Shown: positions 17,935-31,897, counted from the stretch's first letter. The stretch: DNA of 64,000 nucleotides from Octopus vulgaris (GCA_951406725.2 OX597818.1:91326001-91390000); one strand, 5' to 3'. Notes: a model not told the origin generated them from the letters alone. Program-made: numbers and translations.

Positions 17935-18210
17935 TATGTTTGACTTTTGCTTTGTGTCGGTACAAGTTGGCTCCAAGTCTCACCCAGAGACCTCAAGAGA
18001 CAACAGGTTGCAAGTTCACGTTGTTGTTATGCCTAGCGTGCCATATACTTGTTTTTTTTTGGGTGTTGTACTAGTGAATGTCTAATACATAAAAAAAAAG
18101 TTTGTTTTAAACCTTGGGATTACATAGAGAGTATTTTGCGTAGGATATGAGCAGTTCCCATGAGCACTATCTTTTGAATTTCTGCCATTTTGGGGTTTCC
18201 TGGTATCTGA

Positions 18211-18212
<2 letters not shown>
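17932..18212 (-). mobile_element. Dong/R4 LINE extreme 3' fragment (different subfamily)
   Basis: QIPGNPKMAEIQKIVLMGTAHILRKILSM* plus 3' UTR, bounded by TAA arrays. Confidence 0.8.
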
Positions 18213-18283
<71 letters not shown>

Positions 18284-18285
<2 letters not shown>

Positions 18286-21200
18286 TTCGCACATCTTCTA
18301 ACGCCGGAGATATTCTATGGTGCCAACTGTTCACTACCAGTGAACTAAGGTAACACCTATTATTTTCCGAGCACCTTCCGAAGTAGTCGAGCGGTTCCAA
18401 GCAATGCTGTTTTCTGCAAGTGCTCCACCCTTATTGCAGCCCCTATTTGTTCCATGTACTTCTCGAAATCTTTGCTCGCTGTTCCCAGGGTTCCAACAAT
18501 TATTGGTACTACTGCTACCTTTTTCGTTGACCACAACGGCTTAACTTCCCAGGCTAACCTGTCATATCTCTCGACTTTTCTTTCTTCCTTATCGCATACC
18601 TTGTTGTCATTTGGGCATGCAATATCTATGATCCAGCATAGTTTGTTTTCTTTCTCAATTAAGACTATGTTTTGCTTCCTGTTCTCTATGTCATGGTCGC
18701 ACTGAATCATAAAATCCCATAGGATCTTTGCATTTCTAGTTTTGACGATGCCTTCAGGTTTGTGGTCATACCAATTTTTTTGCTCTGTCAAGTCCATACT
18801 CGTTACAAATTGTCCAATGGACAAGCCTGGCTATATTGTCGTGGCGTCTTTTATATTCCTTCGGGCTAGTGGCGTACATTGGCTGGTAATATGCCATACG
18901 GTTTCACCGTTTTGTCCACAGATTCTGCACTTATCACTTTCTGTTGTGTTGTCTCTTCTGTATTTTATGTAGTTTGTTCTTAGAGCTTGCTCTTGCGCAG
19001 CACAGATTAGAGCCTCCGTTTCCGGTTTTAAATCACTTTTAGTCATCCACAGCCATCTTTTTTCTCTGTTTGTCTTATCTTCAACATCCCTATGAATTTG
19101 TCCATGCATTCTTTTCTTTACCCACCTATTTTCAGTTTCATTAGTTTTCAATTTATCGAATAGTGCTTTATCTTTGCAATCTTTCATCCCACACAAACCT
19201 GACCTTCTTATTTCTAATAATAGTGGTTCTGTGTAATTTTTTACATACCATGCTATGTTGTTTTCTTCTGCTCTAATACTGTGTTCGCATCCAATAAGTC
19301 CTCTTCCCCCTCTTTTTATTGGTACATACAGTCGGTATGTGTCATTTTTGGGTGGAGTGACCCATATCTAGATAGCAACTTCCTTGTCTTTCTGTGTAAG
19401 TTGTTTTTTTCTTCTACTGTCCATGCGATTACACCTGCTCCATATCTGAAAAGTGAAATCGCCCAGGTGTTGATAGCTTCTATCTTATTCCGTCCATTTA
19501 ATTTCGACTTAAGGATAAGCCTCAGTGTGCGCAAGTATCCCACCTTAAATTTCCTCTGTCTTTTCTTTCTTCATCAATTCATCCATTTTCAAGTATTTAT
19601 AACTCGTCTCTTCTATCTGTTTGATAAGATCCCCCGATGGTATCCTTAGCCCGTCCATACATTTGATTTTGCCTCTCTTCAAGTCTAATACACCACACAT
19701 TCTCAGTCTGAACTCCAGTCTGATATCAGGCATACACTGAAGGTATACACCGTATCAACGAGGGAACTGACTTGGGCTTCATCTTTACCATACAATTTGA
19801 GGTCATCCATGAATAACAAATGGTTGACTTTTTGTTGGCAGCTTTTGAATACATACTTAGATTTGCTTTCCTCAGAATCGGTGTAAGTGGTATCAAGCAC
19901 AGTACAAAGATCAATGGGGAGAGGCAGTCCCCATGGAAGATGCCCCGCCTGATTTCTACTCTCCCTAAACTTCTTCCATATGCTGTCAGGTCTGTCCTCT
20001 AATTCGCCATACTTTTCCCAAGCAATCGCTCAACATGCGATGCAATACCAAATAGGTTCATACACTCCATAATCCAAGAATGTGTGATCATATCGTACGC
20101 CTAACGGTAGTCGATCCATGACATGGCTAAGTTACTTTTCCTCTGTAAGTACAATTTTGTCCCTTAGGAGTTGATACTTGGTACCTCTGCACTTACGCTT
20201 GCAACCCTTCTGCTCATGTGGCAGGACTCCATTTTTTTCTCCAGGTGTTCGTACATTGACTCTGCGAGTATTCCATTCAATAACTTCCACATAAGTAGCA
20301 AACAGGATATCCGCCTTTAATTGTCTACCGTATTGGTTTTTTCGATGTTTTTCCGGCACACCTTCTGTAAACCACTTTGGGGCTTTCGCAGGGTTGGACA
20401 TGGCTTTATTGAGTGCTACTGCCAAGTTGTGGGGAGTGTTCATTAAAGAGTTTAGTCAAAAATTTGGAATCTTATGTATACCTGGGGATTTCCATTTCTT
20501 TGACTTGACGAGTACCGCTTTCACTTCTTTAGTTCTTATATCCTGCCACTCTTGATATTTGAGGTGGGAATTTTCCTCTTCTATGTCCGTGACCCAATGT
20601 GCATTCTGATTAATCTCCTTAAGATTACTCCAAATGTTTTTTTCCAAAAATATTCAGTTTGCTGCTGGTGAGGAGGTGTTTTCACAATAATGGTATTTTC
20701 CCCCAATTCCCTGTATAATTTTTTTGTGTTCTCCTTGAATAGTATGTTTTGTCTATGGAATGCTGAGCGGTTTTTGTATCTTGCCAGTCGTCTGGTTTTT
20801 AATTGTAGTTTTTGTTTGAGGATTTCAATATGTGTATCCTTTGTTTTCTTGTAAAGGTCATGTTTAACAATTATTCTTATTAGTTTATTGGGTTTATTAG
20901 TTTTCCCTTTGCTTGCTTCAAGTAGAAAAGATCTATCTGCTCTTAGTTGGATTATTTGCCTGTATATTCTTTCCACCCATGCAGGCTCTTTGTGTACATT
21001 GCACTCTTTTGTGTATCTCTAATTTTAATACCGCATTTCTGAGTTGCAACATAAGCAGCTGAGTAAAGGAGTTGACTAATCACTTCGAGGGTATTTTCTC
21101 TACTATTCTCAAGGAGTTGTCGTATCAGCTTTCGTCAGTACTTTTGAACATTAATAATATTGGGAAATGGGGCTCTTTCGTGGAAAGGTCGATGTAGTTG

Positions 21201-22185
21201 TATTAGATATTGTCCTAGTATTCCATCTAACAGTTCATTGCCTACGTGATCATTTATAGTGTTTTTAGTATCAACTGATGGTCCACCTTCGTAGGGTTCT
21301 GTGTACCTAGATTCCTGATTTATATCACTGATTTTAGAGCTTTTTGCTTGTAAGTGTCCGTTATACTGAGCTGACTTTTGACTGAGATGACTATTTTGTC
21401 AATTTCGCTGTCAGTTAGTCTTTTATGTTTTAGGACATCACGTTTCAGAGTTCCTAATTTATTACTGTCTATGTACAGCCTACTATGCGGGTTTTTGCAT
21501 CTCTAGATATTGTAGGTCTCTTTTTGTGTGGTTGATGCTTCTGGGTGAAGAGTTGAAGTATAATAAGCATGCATAACTTCGATGTATTCCTCCTTAGTCC
21601 ACTTCTGTCTTGTGTTTCTATTTCGGTCAATATAAAGATTTTCACCCGTTAACGAAAAAGAAAAAAAAAGCCTGCTATGTATTAACAACTGTGTAGAAAA
21701 CGAATAAAACAAAAAAATTCTGCAAATGAAAATGGGCGGGGATGGGGAGAGGACTTTTGGAAAATTCACAAGATCCGATTTTTCCCGCTTAACTTTCAGG
21801 ATAAGGCAATGCCCATTTTTAGTTCTACAAACGCACGATGTTTTGCAGTGGTCAAATGATTCTCTTTAATTTCACTTTGTCACAGTATTTCTCTGCCATT
21901 TTCACTTTTCCTTTTTCAAAAGAGCTTGCTGTTATTTCTGTACTCATATCTTTTGTAATTTTCAAAAAAAAAAAAAAAAAAAGACAGCAAAAAAAAAGTA
22001 AACACTTTCATTTCGCATGAATTACTTTGTCATATTACTGCGGGAATTTTCTCTGAAAGAAATCTTTGCAGAAATGTGAGTAGATTAATTACATATTTCT
22101 TTCATTATGTGAGGTTTGGCTGTTATTTCTAGCATGTGGATAGCCTGCCTGAAGGCCAAGGACGTAGAATTGGGAGGGAGGGGGT

Positions 22186-22236
<51 letters not shown>

Positions 22237-23200
22237 TTTGTGTGTGTTTGTAAAGTTGAAATTTTACAAACAATTTTTTTTTTCAGAAACGTAATCTTCG
22301 TATTTTGCTACTTATTTCGCAAAGAAAAAAGAATCCTCAAAAAGGGGAAAAATGAAGAAATAGGGGGATTGAAATTTTGAATATGCGATTTTTGAAAATT
22401 TCTTTTCAAAATCAGATTCTCCATTGCCGAAAACGTGGAATTCCGTAAAAAATATTAATATGTATCCATCTTCCCGAAAGTTATGAGGGAAAAATCGGAT
22501 CTTGTCGTGTCTGCGCTCGGTTCGTTTGAGTAATTTTTCTTTTCGTATTCGCTTTGTACACAGTTGTTAACACCCAGCAGGCTGGGTTTTTTTTCAGTTA
22601 TCTATTTCTTTGAGATACGTTTGGTAGTTGATTCTGACCGTCATTTTCGGGAATATCCCTGGACTACAGGTTCTTAAGGAGATCGGTCCTGATTTAAAGA
22701 CTTTTCGAGCTCAGTGTCAGAACCTAAGTTCACTGATGAACACGTTCTTCGAACGATACGGATTCTAGGGGGTGTTCCCATGGTTGATATCCAGGACAGT
22801 GCTATAAACATCCAGGGTTAACCAGTTATCTGGTTGCTTGGGTAAGTTTCAAACGTCCCAGGCATCACCATTTTCTGGTGGGTGAGACATTTTAGTTTCA
22901 GAAGTTTAAATTAGTTTACGTTATGACCTACCGCTTGGAAGATGTCAAATGGCAGGCAGGCCGACAGAACTCATGTAGCATCGTAAAAAGAGGCAGATAT
23001 TGAAATCGAATTGAAAGCCAGAGAGAGAGACAGAGACGGAGACAAAAGACAGAATCGGCGTGTAGTCTCCGATCTACTTCCAGTAGGATGGCGATGGCGT
23101 TGACGTGGTGGTGGTAGAAGTGGTAATGGGATTGTATATGTTCAGTCAGCAGGATGTAAATGCTGTCACATTGTGTGTGTATGTCTCGTGGAAAATCACT
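18284..23200 (-). mobile_element. Near-full-length Dong/R4 retrotransposon (RT + REL endonuclease), pseudogenised, interrupted at 21650-22600
   Basis: N-terminal RQKWTKEEYIEVMHAYY motif; RLARYKNR..F.RQN.LF; WKSPG; EQKGCKRKCRGTK; HLLFMDDLKLY (RT catalytic); ETEALICAAQEQAL; CRICG..ETVWHITSQC; ILWDFMIQCD..IIDIACP; LLGTARLLRKVL*. The 3' end abuts (TAA)n. The 5' boundary is approximate. Confidence 0.92.
21650..22600. mobile_element. Non-autonomous DNA element with long bipartite imperfect TIRs, inserted in the Dong element
   Basis: Outer arms agcctgct..gt.ttaacaactgtgta (21650-21730 vs 22520-22600) and inner arms acaagatccgatttttccc..taactttc (21768-21805 vs 22467-22505) are reverse complements. 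Confidence 0.8.
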
Positions 23201-23509
23201 ATTATCATTGTTATTATTAGTAGCTGTAGTAGCAGTATCAACAACAATAGCAGCAGCAATAGTGCGATCAGGAACCAAAAGAGGTGTCACACCCTTGCGG
23301 TCAGCAGAGGTCAAATGTATTTACTACTACAGGCGCCCAATGAGAAGGCTGACCTTGGCCTTGGAAGGGGCCAACTCACCCTGTTCTGTTTTATATTACA
23401 AAAATAACAATAACACACACACACACATATACACACATATACACACATATATATTGATATTTCATCGTTGAATTTTTCTTGCCTTTTTAGAGGTTTTGCC
23501 ATGGCTTAG

Positions 23510-23780
23510 GGTACTATTTAAGAAGAGTGGTCCCAGTGCGCGCACTCTCATACTCGCGCATCCGGGCTAGCTAGTCGTGACTAGTCGATCCTACAACGAC
23601 TACCTAGCAAAGTAAATAAAACACAAAATAAATAATTTTTTTGCACAAAGTAAATAATTTTTTTAAACAAAGTAAATAAAGCACAAAAACACAAAGTAAG
23701 GATCGACTATTCACGACTAGCTAGTCGGATGCGTCAGTACGCGAGTTCGCGCACAGGGACCACCCTTCTTAAGTAGTACC
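23510..23780. mobile_element. Mutator-like MITE (~83-bp TIRs, 9-bp degenerate TSD)
   Basis: GGTACTATTTAAGAAGAGTGGTCCC...GTCGATCCT versus AGGATCGAC...GGGACCACCCTTCTTAAGTAGTACC. Flanks atggcttag (23501-23509) and gtggtttag (23781-23789). Confidence 0.8.
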
Positions 23781-24182
23781 GTGGTTTAGTTTGCGTAATT
23801 GTGCAGTTTGTTATATTGACAGTTGTTTATCTCCTGAAGTCTCAAAGATTTTAAAGGTGATCGTTTGTGTGTTCCGTCAAATGAAATTGTGGATATGTAG
23901 GATTTTTCAACTTATTAGGTTTGAGGAAATTTTTGCCGTCTGTTTAATAGTATTGTTGGAATAAAAGGTACGTTTACGCATTCGAGTACTTAAGGAGAAA
24001 AGAAGGGCAAAATTAAATTTTCACAGAGAATTGTACTTATTAAAGATTTTTTTTTATTTTCTAACGATGATCGTTTGTTCGGCCAGAGGGAACTGTAGGG
24101 TTCTTGTACTAAAAGTATGTTTACATTTTCGAATACTCCGGAAAGGACAGGTATTCATAGAAAGTTGTTGGTATTATTATTA

Positions 24183-24250
<68 letters not shown>

Positions 24251-24797
24251 GAGTGAGAGACACTGGAGTAAAATATACGAAGCCCAGTATACGAATCATG
24301 ACTACCCGTCTGATAAGGGTACACCAGGCACATGCATCACACGCATATGTGCGCCACATGGTGATCTCATATCAAGATAAACAACACATGACCTTGCAGG
24401 TGGGGCCCATTTACAATTTTCTTCTTGTCGAGTAGCCCATCCTGCTCAAACGGTCCCTGAAATGGATTGTTTAAGGATGTTGAACGAAACACCCATGTTT
24501 CCAAACATGAATTCTCCAAACCTCTAAGAATTCCTTTCAACACACGGCTATAACCCCCCCCACACACACACACATACACAACTTTTGATCATGTTGAGAG
24601 ATGCACATATCGTTAGCCACTAAGGGACATGCTCAACTGGTTAAGGTAAAACAACTGACAGGCAAATCTGTGGTATTGAGCAGAATATTTGCAGTAGCAC
24701 ATCATTTATACCAATAGAAAACAATGTACATGATAACACTTCCAATCATTTAAGATCGGAAGCCATGAGAGCCACTGCCAGGTACTGCATCAGGGCA
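24251..24797 (-). mobile_element. 555-bp TAA-associated element, full-length copy C
   Basis: Homologous to copy A; small deletion near the fixed end and an internal (CA)n stretch. Confidence 0.85.
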
Positions 24798-24841
24798 TAT
24801 TATTTTTATCATCTTCATCATCATCATCATCATCATCATCG

Positions 24842-24911
<70 letters not shown>

Positions 24912-24937
24912 TATCATCATCATCATCATCATCATCA

Positions 24938-25011
<74 letters not shown>

Positions 25012-25647
25012 TATCATCATGCTGTCAGGGAGATCACGAAGACATCCGAAGGGGATTGTCGAGTTGTCACGGAAACAGCCAAGTGTTTGTTTTGGCTTTG
25101 TCGAGTTATATCGAATAATTGCCCCTTTGTTCTTATGTACCTCATAGTCTAGGTAGCCAAAGACAATTTACTAGCCAGATAGGTTTGTTTTTCTCCCTTT
25201 CTTAAAATGTAGTTAAGTACATATTTGTATGAATTATATTTTGATGATGGTGTCGAAACAATTGCAGATGTTAGAAATTAGATGCTGTTGAAAGTATTAT
25301 TTCTTTGTTTTCGAAGACGTATCTATCTTCTGTGCAAGGCATGAGAAGTGTTGGGTTACAGTTTATTGAAATTAAGCTGTGATTGGTGGGGGTGGGACAG
25401 GACGAGTGTGCTGGTTATAATAAGAATTATGCATATCTTAAAAAGATATGCATATGATGATTCTATATAAATTTAACATCTCGAGATATTTTGTGACACT
25501 TTAGACTTATCGTATTTTTTCCCAACTTCTGCATTCTGCTGTGTTTGACAAAATTTTACAATAAGTTTGGTAAGTTAGGTGATTCGTTTGGTAAGTCCAG
25601 GTGTTATAGGTATATTTGTTATTTTCTGTAGCTTTTTAAGTTTTCAG

Positions 25648-25755
25648 TGGACCGCCCACACTTTCGATTATTTTGTTTGTTTTTATTTTTGTTTTTTTTT
25701 TCCACAGAAGCCTATCTTTTTGACTGCGGAGATTCTGAATCTGCAAAAATAAATA

Positions 25756-25786
<31 letters not shown>

Positions 25787-26002
25787 CGGCATTTCAAAAT
25801 TTTAATTCGTATTTAATTCGTATCTTCGGTTTGGCTGTTGCTTCTAGCTTGTTGGACTTTCGGTTGGAGCGCACATAAAATATTGAAATGCCAATTTTTC
25901 TTTTCTTTTCTCTTGGCAGATTTGGAATCTCCGCAGTCGAAAAGGTGGGTTTCTGTAGAGAAAAAAAAAACAAAAAGAAAAACCGAAAGCGGGTGCGATC
26001 CA
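25648..26002. mobile_element. Fold-back/MITE-like element with ~120-150-bp imperfect arms
   Basis: acagaagcctatctttttgactgcggagattctgaatctgc versus gcagatttggaatctccgcagtcgaaaaggtgggtttctgt. Pairing extends outward to tggaccgc/gcgatcca. Confidence 0.75.
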
Positions 26003-27045
26003 TGTCCTTTACCTCCGCGAAGTTTTCATCTTCAAAGTAGATATAAAGGTGTTCGATTGAAGGAAAGAATCAAAATCGTTGTCTAAGTGGAAGATGAGTG
26101 TTCCTCGATATTTGTTCCTACCATGTTTGCGTCATATTTCTTGCTGGATTTCAAAGACATGTTTCAGAAAGGCCATTGGTTAATATTTCAGGGTAAGTAT
26201 GTTTATTTGAAACTGTTACCGTGAGTTAAAGTGTTGGTTGACAGTCGTTAATGTTGTTGATACTGTGGTTGTTTACATTATGCAGTATGTTACTGTTAGG
26301 TGTGATTTATACTAACCTATTTTCGCAGTTATATAATATTCTATATTTTATTTTGTTACTGAATTATTAAATTGTTTGTTTATATTTTCTTTTCCATGTT
26401 TAGTTGCTGGATAGTAAGTGTTCTCTCAGTTGTTTAGGTTTTACTATATGGTGATTAACACTGTCTGTCATTTTTAAAAACATTAAATATTTCTGCTTTA
26501 TAATTAGGGTTACATTTTACATTACCTTGCGGGGTTTGTTTTTAAATGTGTCTATAATTATTTTATATTCAATGTACATACCTCAGAGTTCATGTTGCAG
26601 TTTATAATTTTATAATATTCAGAACACTTTGATTCTCTCTTTATTAGCGAACTATTTTCATTGAAATTTTTTGAAATGTGCGAAAATTAATTTTTTTCAT
26701 TTTCCATTGATGTAAATGTAGTTTGTTAATATAATTATTGGATAGTTCGATGAAAGCTTGAGAATCGTTTGCAAAGTTGGGTATGTTTGTTACATTAGGG
26801 GATCGGAATGTATTGTTCGGGGAAACTTGTTCTGGCTAGCTTGGTTACAAATGTTCTAATGTGGATTCTTAAGAATACCAAGAGAGACAACTTAACGAAG
26901 GTATTATGGCGCCAACTTTCCCTCATGTGCAGTTGGAAATCTAAGAGGTTTTGATTATATTGATGTCTCACTATTGTCTGTAGTTTTGAGAGTTACAATT
27001 GCTGTAACAAAGGGTTGTCAATCCTGGTGCAAAATTTGAGAAAGC

Positions 27046-27076
<31 letters not shown>

Positions 27077-27594
27077 AGAAATATATGTGTGTGTGCGTGC
27101 GTGCATGTGTGCATATGTGTGAGCGTGTGTGTGTGTTTGTGTGTGCGTGTGTGTATGTTTTTGCTTGTGTGTGTGTGTGTACTTTCATATTTATGTTTAT
27201 AACAGAGTTATCAACGAGAGATTATCAATCCAGGCAAAACACTTTATTTCCTCTCTGTTAGAGCACCAGACTAACAATGTTTAGATTTAGTAAAGAACTC
27301 TGCGTATCCTTTTGGCAGGGTCCGAGACAAAGAACAAAGAAAGGGTAAGATAAGTGACAGTTTGGATGAAGTGGACTAAAGTGAAGAGAACGAAAGAGAG
27401 GAAGAGAGAAAGTAGTAGAAAGAATAGAGGAGGGGAGGCATTCTATAGAAGAAGGGGCAGAGAATGACCAAAATGAAGGAAAGTAACAATCATAAAAACA
27501 TTAATGTTTGTAATTTTGCTATCACATAGGAACATACTCTCCTAGTATAGTGTTCAAAATATATGTATGTATATATGCATATGTTTTATTTATT

Positions 27595-27628
<34 letters not shown>

Positions 27629-27635
<7 letters not shown>

Positions 27636-28808
27636 AATAAAATAGAACATATGCATATATATAAACATATATGTACGTACCTACCTCTACATGTACATAT
27701 ACACGCATATATGTGTACAGGACACCAAAAAGACGTCGAACACATAGAGAGACGAAAAACATAGACACAAACCAAGGAACAGGACAAGCAAAAAAGAAAA
27801 AAAGAGATACAGGACAATAAGCACAACGAAAAATCCCCTTCTTCAGTCGCTAAGGTTTCATCTACTCTACGTTTCGAAGGATAAAAGCGAGACGTATACT
27901 TCGAAGAAACTTCCTTCCTGCGAAAAGCAAATCAATTAAAATTCTGAGATCTTTTCGCAGAGGGGTAAAAAATGGTAAAAAAAGCAAGACGGTAACGACA
28001 GTACAAACATATAAACAGTAAAAAAAAAAAAAATTATATATAAACAGTTGAAAAATAAATATATAACAGTGAGAGACAGGACAAGGAGAACAAGATAAGA
28101 AGGGCTGTTTACGCCAGACGAAAAAAGTAATGCAAACGCTGGATTATAGTGGACGACGAGAGAGAAAGAATGTCGACCAGTGGCCTTAGAAGGCGGGCGA
28201 GAAAAGACAGGATAGCAGTTACGACGGAAGTATCGTCGCAGATGGACGACGGGAATGGGGGAGGAGGAGCAAGAGGAAGAGAGAGAAGAAGGGGAATGGT
28301 GCGAGGAGACCATGAAGAATGGTGAGGGGGAGAGAGAGAATGAAGAATGAGAGAGAGAGGAAGAGACAAGTTAAGTGAGGGAAAAAGGACGAAAAAGGGA
28401 ATGGGAGAGAAAGAAAGAAAGATGCAGAGTCGCGTGAGAGTTAATATCAAGGCTAACTTGATAAACAGAACAATCTTACTTAATAGGGTGCGTGCGTTTA
28501 GTCGTATAATATGTTAATAAAATAGAACATATGCATATATATAAACATATATGTACGTACCTACCTCTACATGTACATATACACGCATATATGTGTACAG
28601 GACACCAAAAAGACGTCGAACACATAGAGAGACGAAAAACATAGACACAAACCAAGGAACAGGACAAGCAAAAAAGAAAAAAAGAGATACAGGACAATAA
28701 GCACAACGAAAAATCCCCTTCTTCAGTCGCTAAGGTTTCATCTACTCTACGTTTCGAAGGATAAAAGCGAGACGTATAAAAGCGAGACGTATAAAAGCGA
28801 GACGTATA
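27629..28808 (-). mobile_element. Element with two identical 270-bp direct repeats (27629-27898, 28509-28778); probable PLE pLTR tandem
   Basis: Exact duplication at 880-bp offset, each copy carrying CTTCGAAACGTA and CTGAAGAAG on the - strand. Terminal 15-mer AAAGCGAGACGTATA triplicated. Confidence 0.6.
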
Positions 28809-29115
28809 TATATATATAACTGGCCCCATGCTGTCAAAACTGACGGCTAATTGTAGTATTTTATATATAAATATGGATGGTAAATGAAATTAAAACACTT
28901 GTCAATGTTATCTAGTGGTTCTCTTTTGAGATGTGACATCAATCATCGTTTGTTACTGAAAGAACGCTGGCTCACACATACAAACATTCACATACTTTCC
29001 TTGAACACGCACACACGCACACACATACACTCACACAGAGTTGATTTTTCTTTTCAGCGTTGTATGTTCACCATCCCACTTCCATTGTATATACACATAC
29101 ACACACACGCTCTCA

Positions 29116-29166
<51 letters not shown>

Positions 29167-29749
29167 AAACAATCATTCATATACCTCCCTTTTACATAAA
29201 CATACGTATACTCACACAAAGTTGAAACGTTATTTGAGTTTTCTTTTTCGCCGTAGAATTTCCCCCCCCACTACCTTCCTTCCTTATTCATCTATCACTC
29301 CTTCCTTTCTCATTCATATGTTGTGAAGGAGAAAAACACAAGAGTATTATTGTAATAGAAGTTTGGGAATTGTATGTCTTTAAGCCCAAACATAAAATCT
29401 ATGGACAGCAGCCTGTAAATTTTGGATTGAAAATCCATTAGGGTAGAAAACTTCGAAGGATATCCGTGGTATCGGCCCCACATCTAATGTAGAGATGAAC
29501 TGCATTCGACTGTTGTACCAAAGCAACCCTTCCAACTTCTCGTTCTTTTTCAGAAATATTCCTAACAGTGACAATTGTACGTTGTTGAAGTCATAAGAAT
29601 CTTCATGAGAACATGAGAGCATGAAATAAATAATAATAATTTTTTTGAATAGTTTATTTCAAGGTGCAAATTCTCTATCAAACCAGCATCGGTTACTTAA
29701 TTACTCAACTCATTAATATTCCCTACACGGTGTGTTTGTCATTATCAGG

Positions 29750-29960
29750 ATTGGCCGTGTGGTAAGAAGTTTGCTTTCCTAACACATGGCTCCGGGTTCA
29801 GTCCCACAGCGTGGCACCTTGGGCGAGTGTCTTCTACTATTGCCTCGGACCAACCAAAGCCTTGTAAGTGGATTTGGTACACGGAAACTGAAAGAAGTCC
29901 GTCAAGGCGGTACCCCAGCATGGCCGCAGTCTATTGACTGAAAGAAGTAAAAGATAGAAG
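29750..29960 (+). mobile_element. SINE family A, internally deleted
   Basis: tggccgtgtggtaag...gggttcagtcccac...gaaactgaaagaagtccgtc joined directly to the tail aggcggtaccccagcatggccgcagtc. Confidence 0.75.
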
Positions 29961-30250
29961 ATAAAATAAATCATTTGGTAGTGCTTCATTTATTTAGATG
30001 AAAGGTAACAGTGAAGCGATGGCTATAATGGCATTTCCTCTGTACCGATATCTCAAAGAGTCGCATAAAATTTTGCTGACACAGTAAATTCGTCCTCGAA
30101 TCGGATACCAAACCCATAGACAAGTCCATAAACATTCTCTCCTAAGCCAATAGTCTAACTGAATTGACACAACTCAAACATCCGAATTGAAACAACACAA
30201 ACTCGCATAACACACGCAACCTATACGCAACACAACCATCATCATCATCA

Positions 30251-30309
<59 letters not shown>

Positions 30310-30536
30310 ATTAATATTGTTATTATTATTATTATTATTAATATTAATATTGTTATTATTATTATTAATATTAATATTATTATTATTATTATTATTATTG
30401 CCAAGAATTAATATGTGAATTACGATTTAATAATAATGAATATAATAATTCATATTTTAATATGCTCATGAAAATCTAGTGCTTATTTAGTAATAAGTAT
30501 GAAGTATTAGAACATGTCGGGGTTCAAGAATCATTG

Positions 30537-31200
30537 TTTCTTCTTCTTCTTCTTCTTCTTCTTCTTCTTCTTCTTCTTCTTCTTCTTCTTCTTCTTCTTC
30601 TTCTTCTTCTTCTTCTTCTACTACTCTTCTTCTTCTTCTTCTTCTATTTCTTCTTCTTCTACTTTTCTTCTTCTTCTTCTTCTTCGTCTTCTTCTTCGTC
30701 TTCTTCTTCTTCTATTTCTTCTTCTTCTACTTTTCTTCTTCTTCTTCTTCTTCTTCTTCTTCTTCTTCGTCTTCTTCTTCTTCTTCTTCTTCGTCTTCTT
30801 CTTCTTCTTCTTCTTCTTCTTCTACTTTCTTCTTCTTCTTCTTCTTCTTCTTCGTCTTCTTCTTCGTCTTCTTCTTCTTCTATTTCTTCTTCTTCTACTT
30901 TTCTTCTTCTTCTTCTTCTTCTTCTTCTTCTTCTTCGTCTTCTTCTTCTTCTTCTTCTTCGTCTTCTTCTTCTTCTTCTTCGTCTTCTTCTATTTCTTCT
31001 TCTTCTTCTTCTTCTACATCTTCTACGTCTTCTTTTTCTTCTTCTTTTTCTTCTTCTTTTTCTTCTTCTTCTTCTTCTTCTTCTTCTTTTTCTTCTTCTT
31101 TTGCTTCTTCTGCTTCTTCATCATCATGAAGATTATGCTGAAATAATAAATATTGCTCGTCTCCTCTTCACCAAACTACTGCTGTTGGTGCTACTGATGA

Positions 31201-31274
<74 letters not shown>

Positions 31275-31275
31275 T
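30537..31275. repeat. (TTC)n array with higher-order duplication, followed by (CTA)n
   Basis: The interruption pattern of ~30658-30820 is repeated at ~30821-30990. Confidence 0.9.
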
Positions 31276-31400
31276 CCTTTTATGAAAATCTACCGCGCTT
31301 ATTTATTAATAAGTGTTAGGTATCATAATAAATCGCGGTTCACTAATTATAGAAAATATTTTACTTTAATGGGCATTGCCAATAATTATAATCATTACAG

Positions 31401-31448
<48 letters not shown>

Positions 31449-31747
31449 ATATATATATATAGATGTATATATATATATATATGTGTATATATATATATAG
31501 GTATAGGTATAATTATGTATATATATAAGTATATATATATATGATCGTAACGACTATTACAGTAGTTTATGATTAATAATATGTTTTGAAGATAAATTTT
31601 ATTGAATATGTTTATATAATGAGTACGTTTAAAATGCAATATAGTTACGTAAATAAGTTGTATATGTGTTTCGAATGTTCCTAAATTTAATTAAATTATT
31701 CATATAACTCGTAAACTTTGATATAGACATACATTCGCATATGTATA

Positions 31748-31817
<70 letters not shown>

Positions 31818-31861
31818 TATATACATACATTTATGTGTGTGTATGCATGTATATATATATT

Positions 31862-31897
<36 letters not shown>

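Noticed and set aside
22920-22965. HDV-like ribozyme in the Dong 5' region
   Set aside because: A P1-like pairing GGCCUGCC/GGUAGGUC exists on the - strand, but P1.1, P2 and P4/J4-2 could not be assigned.
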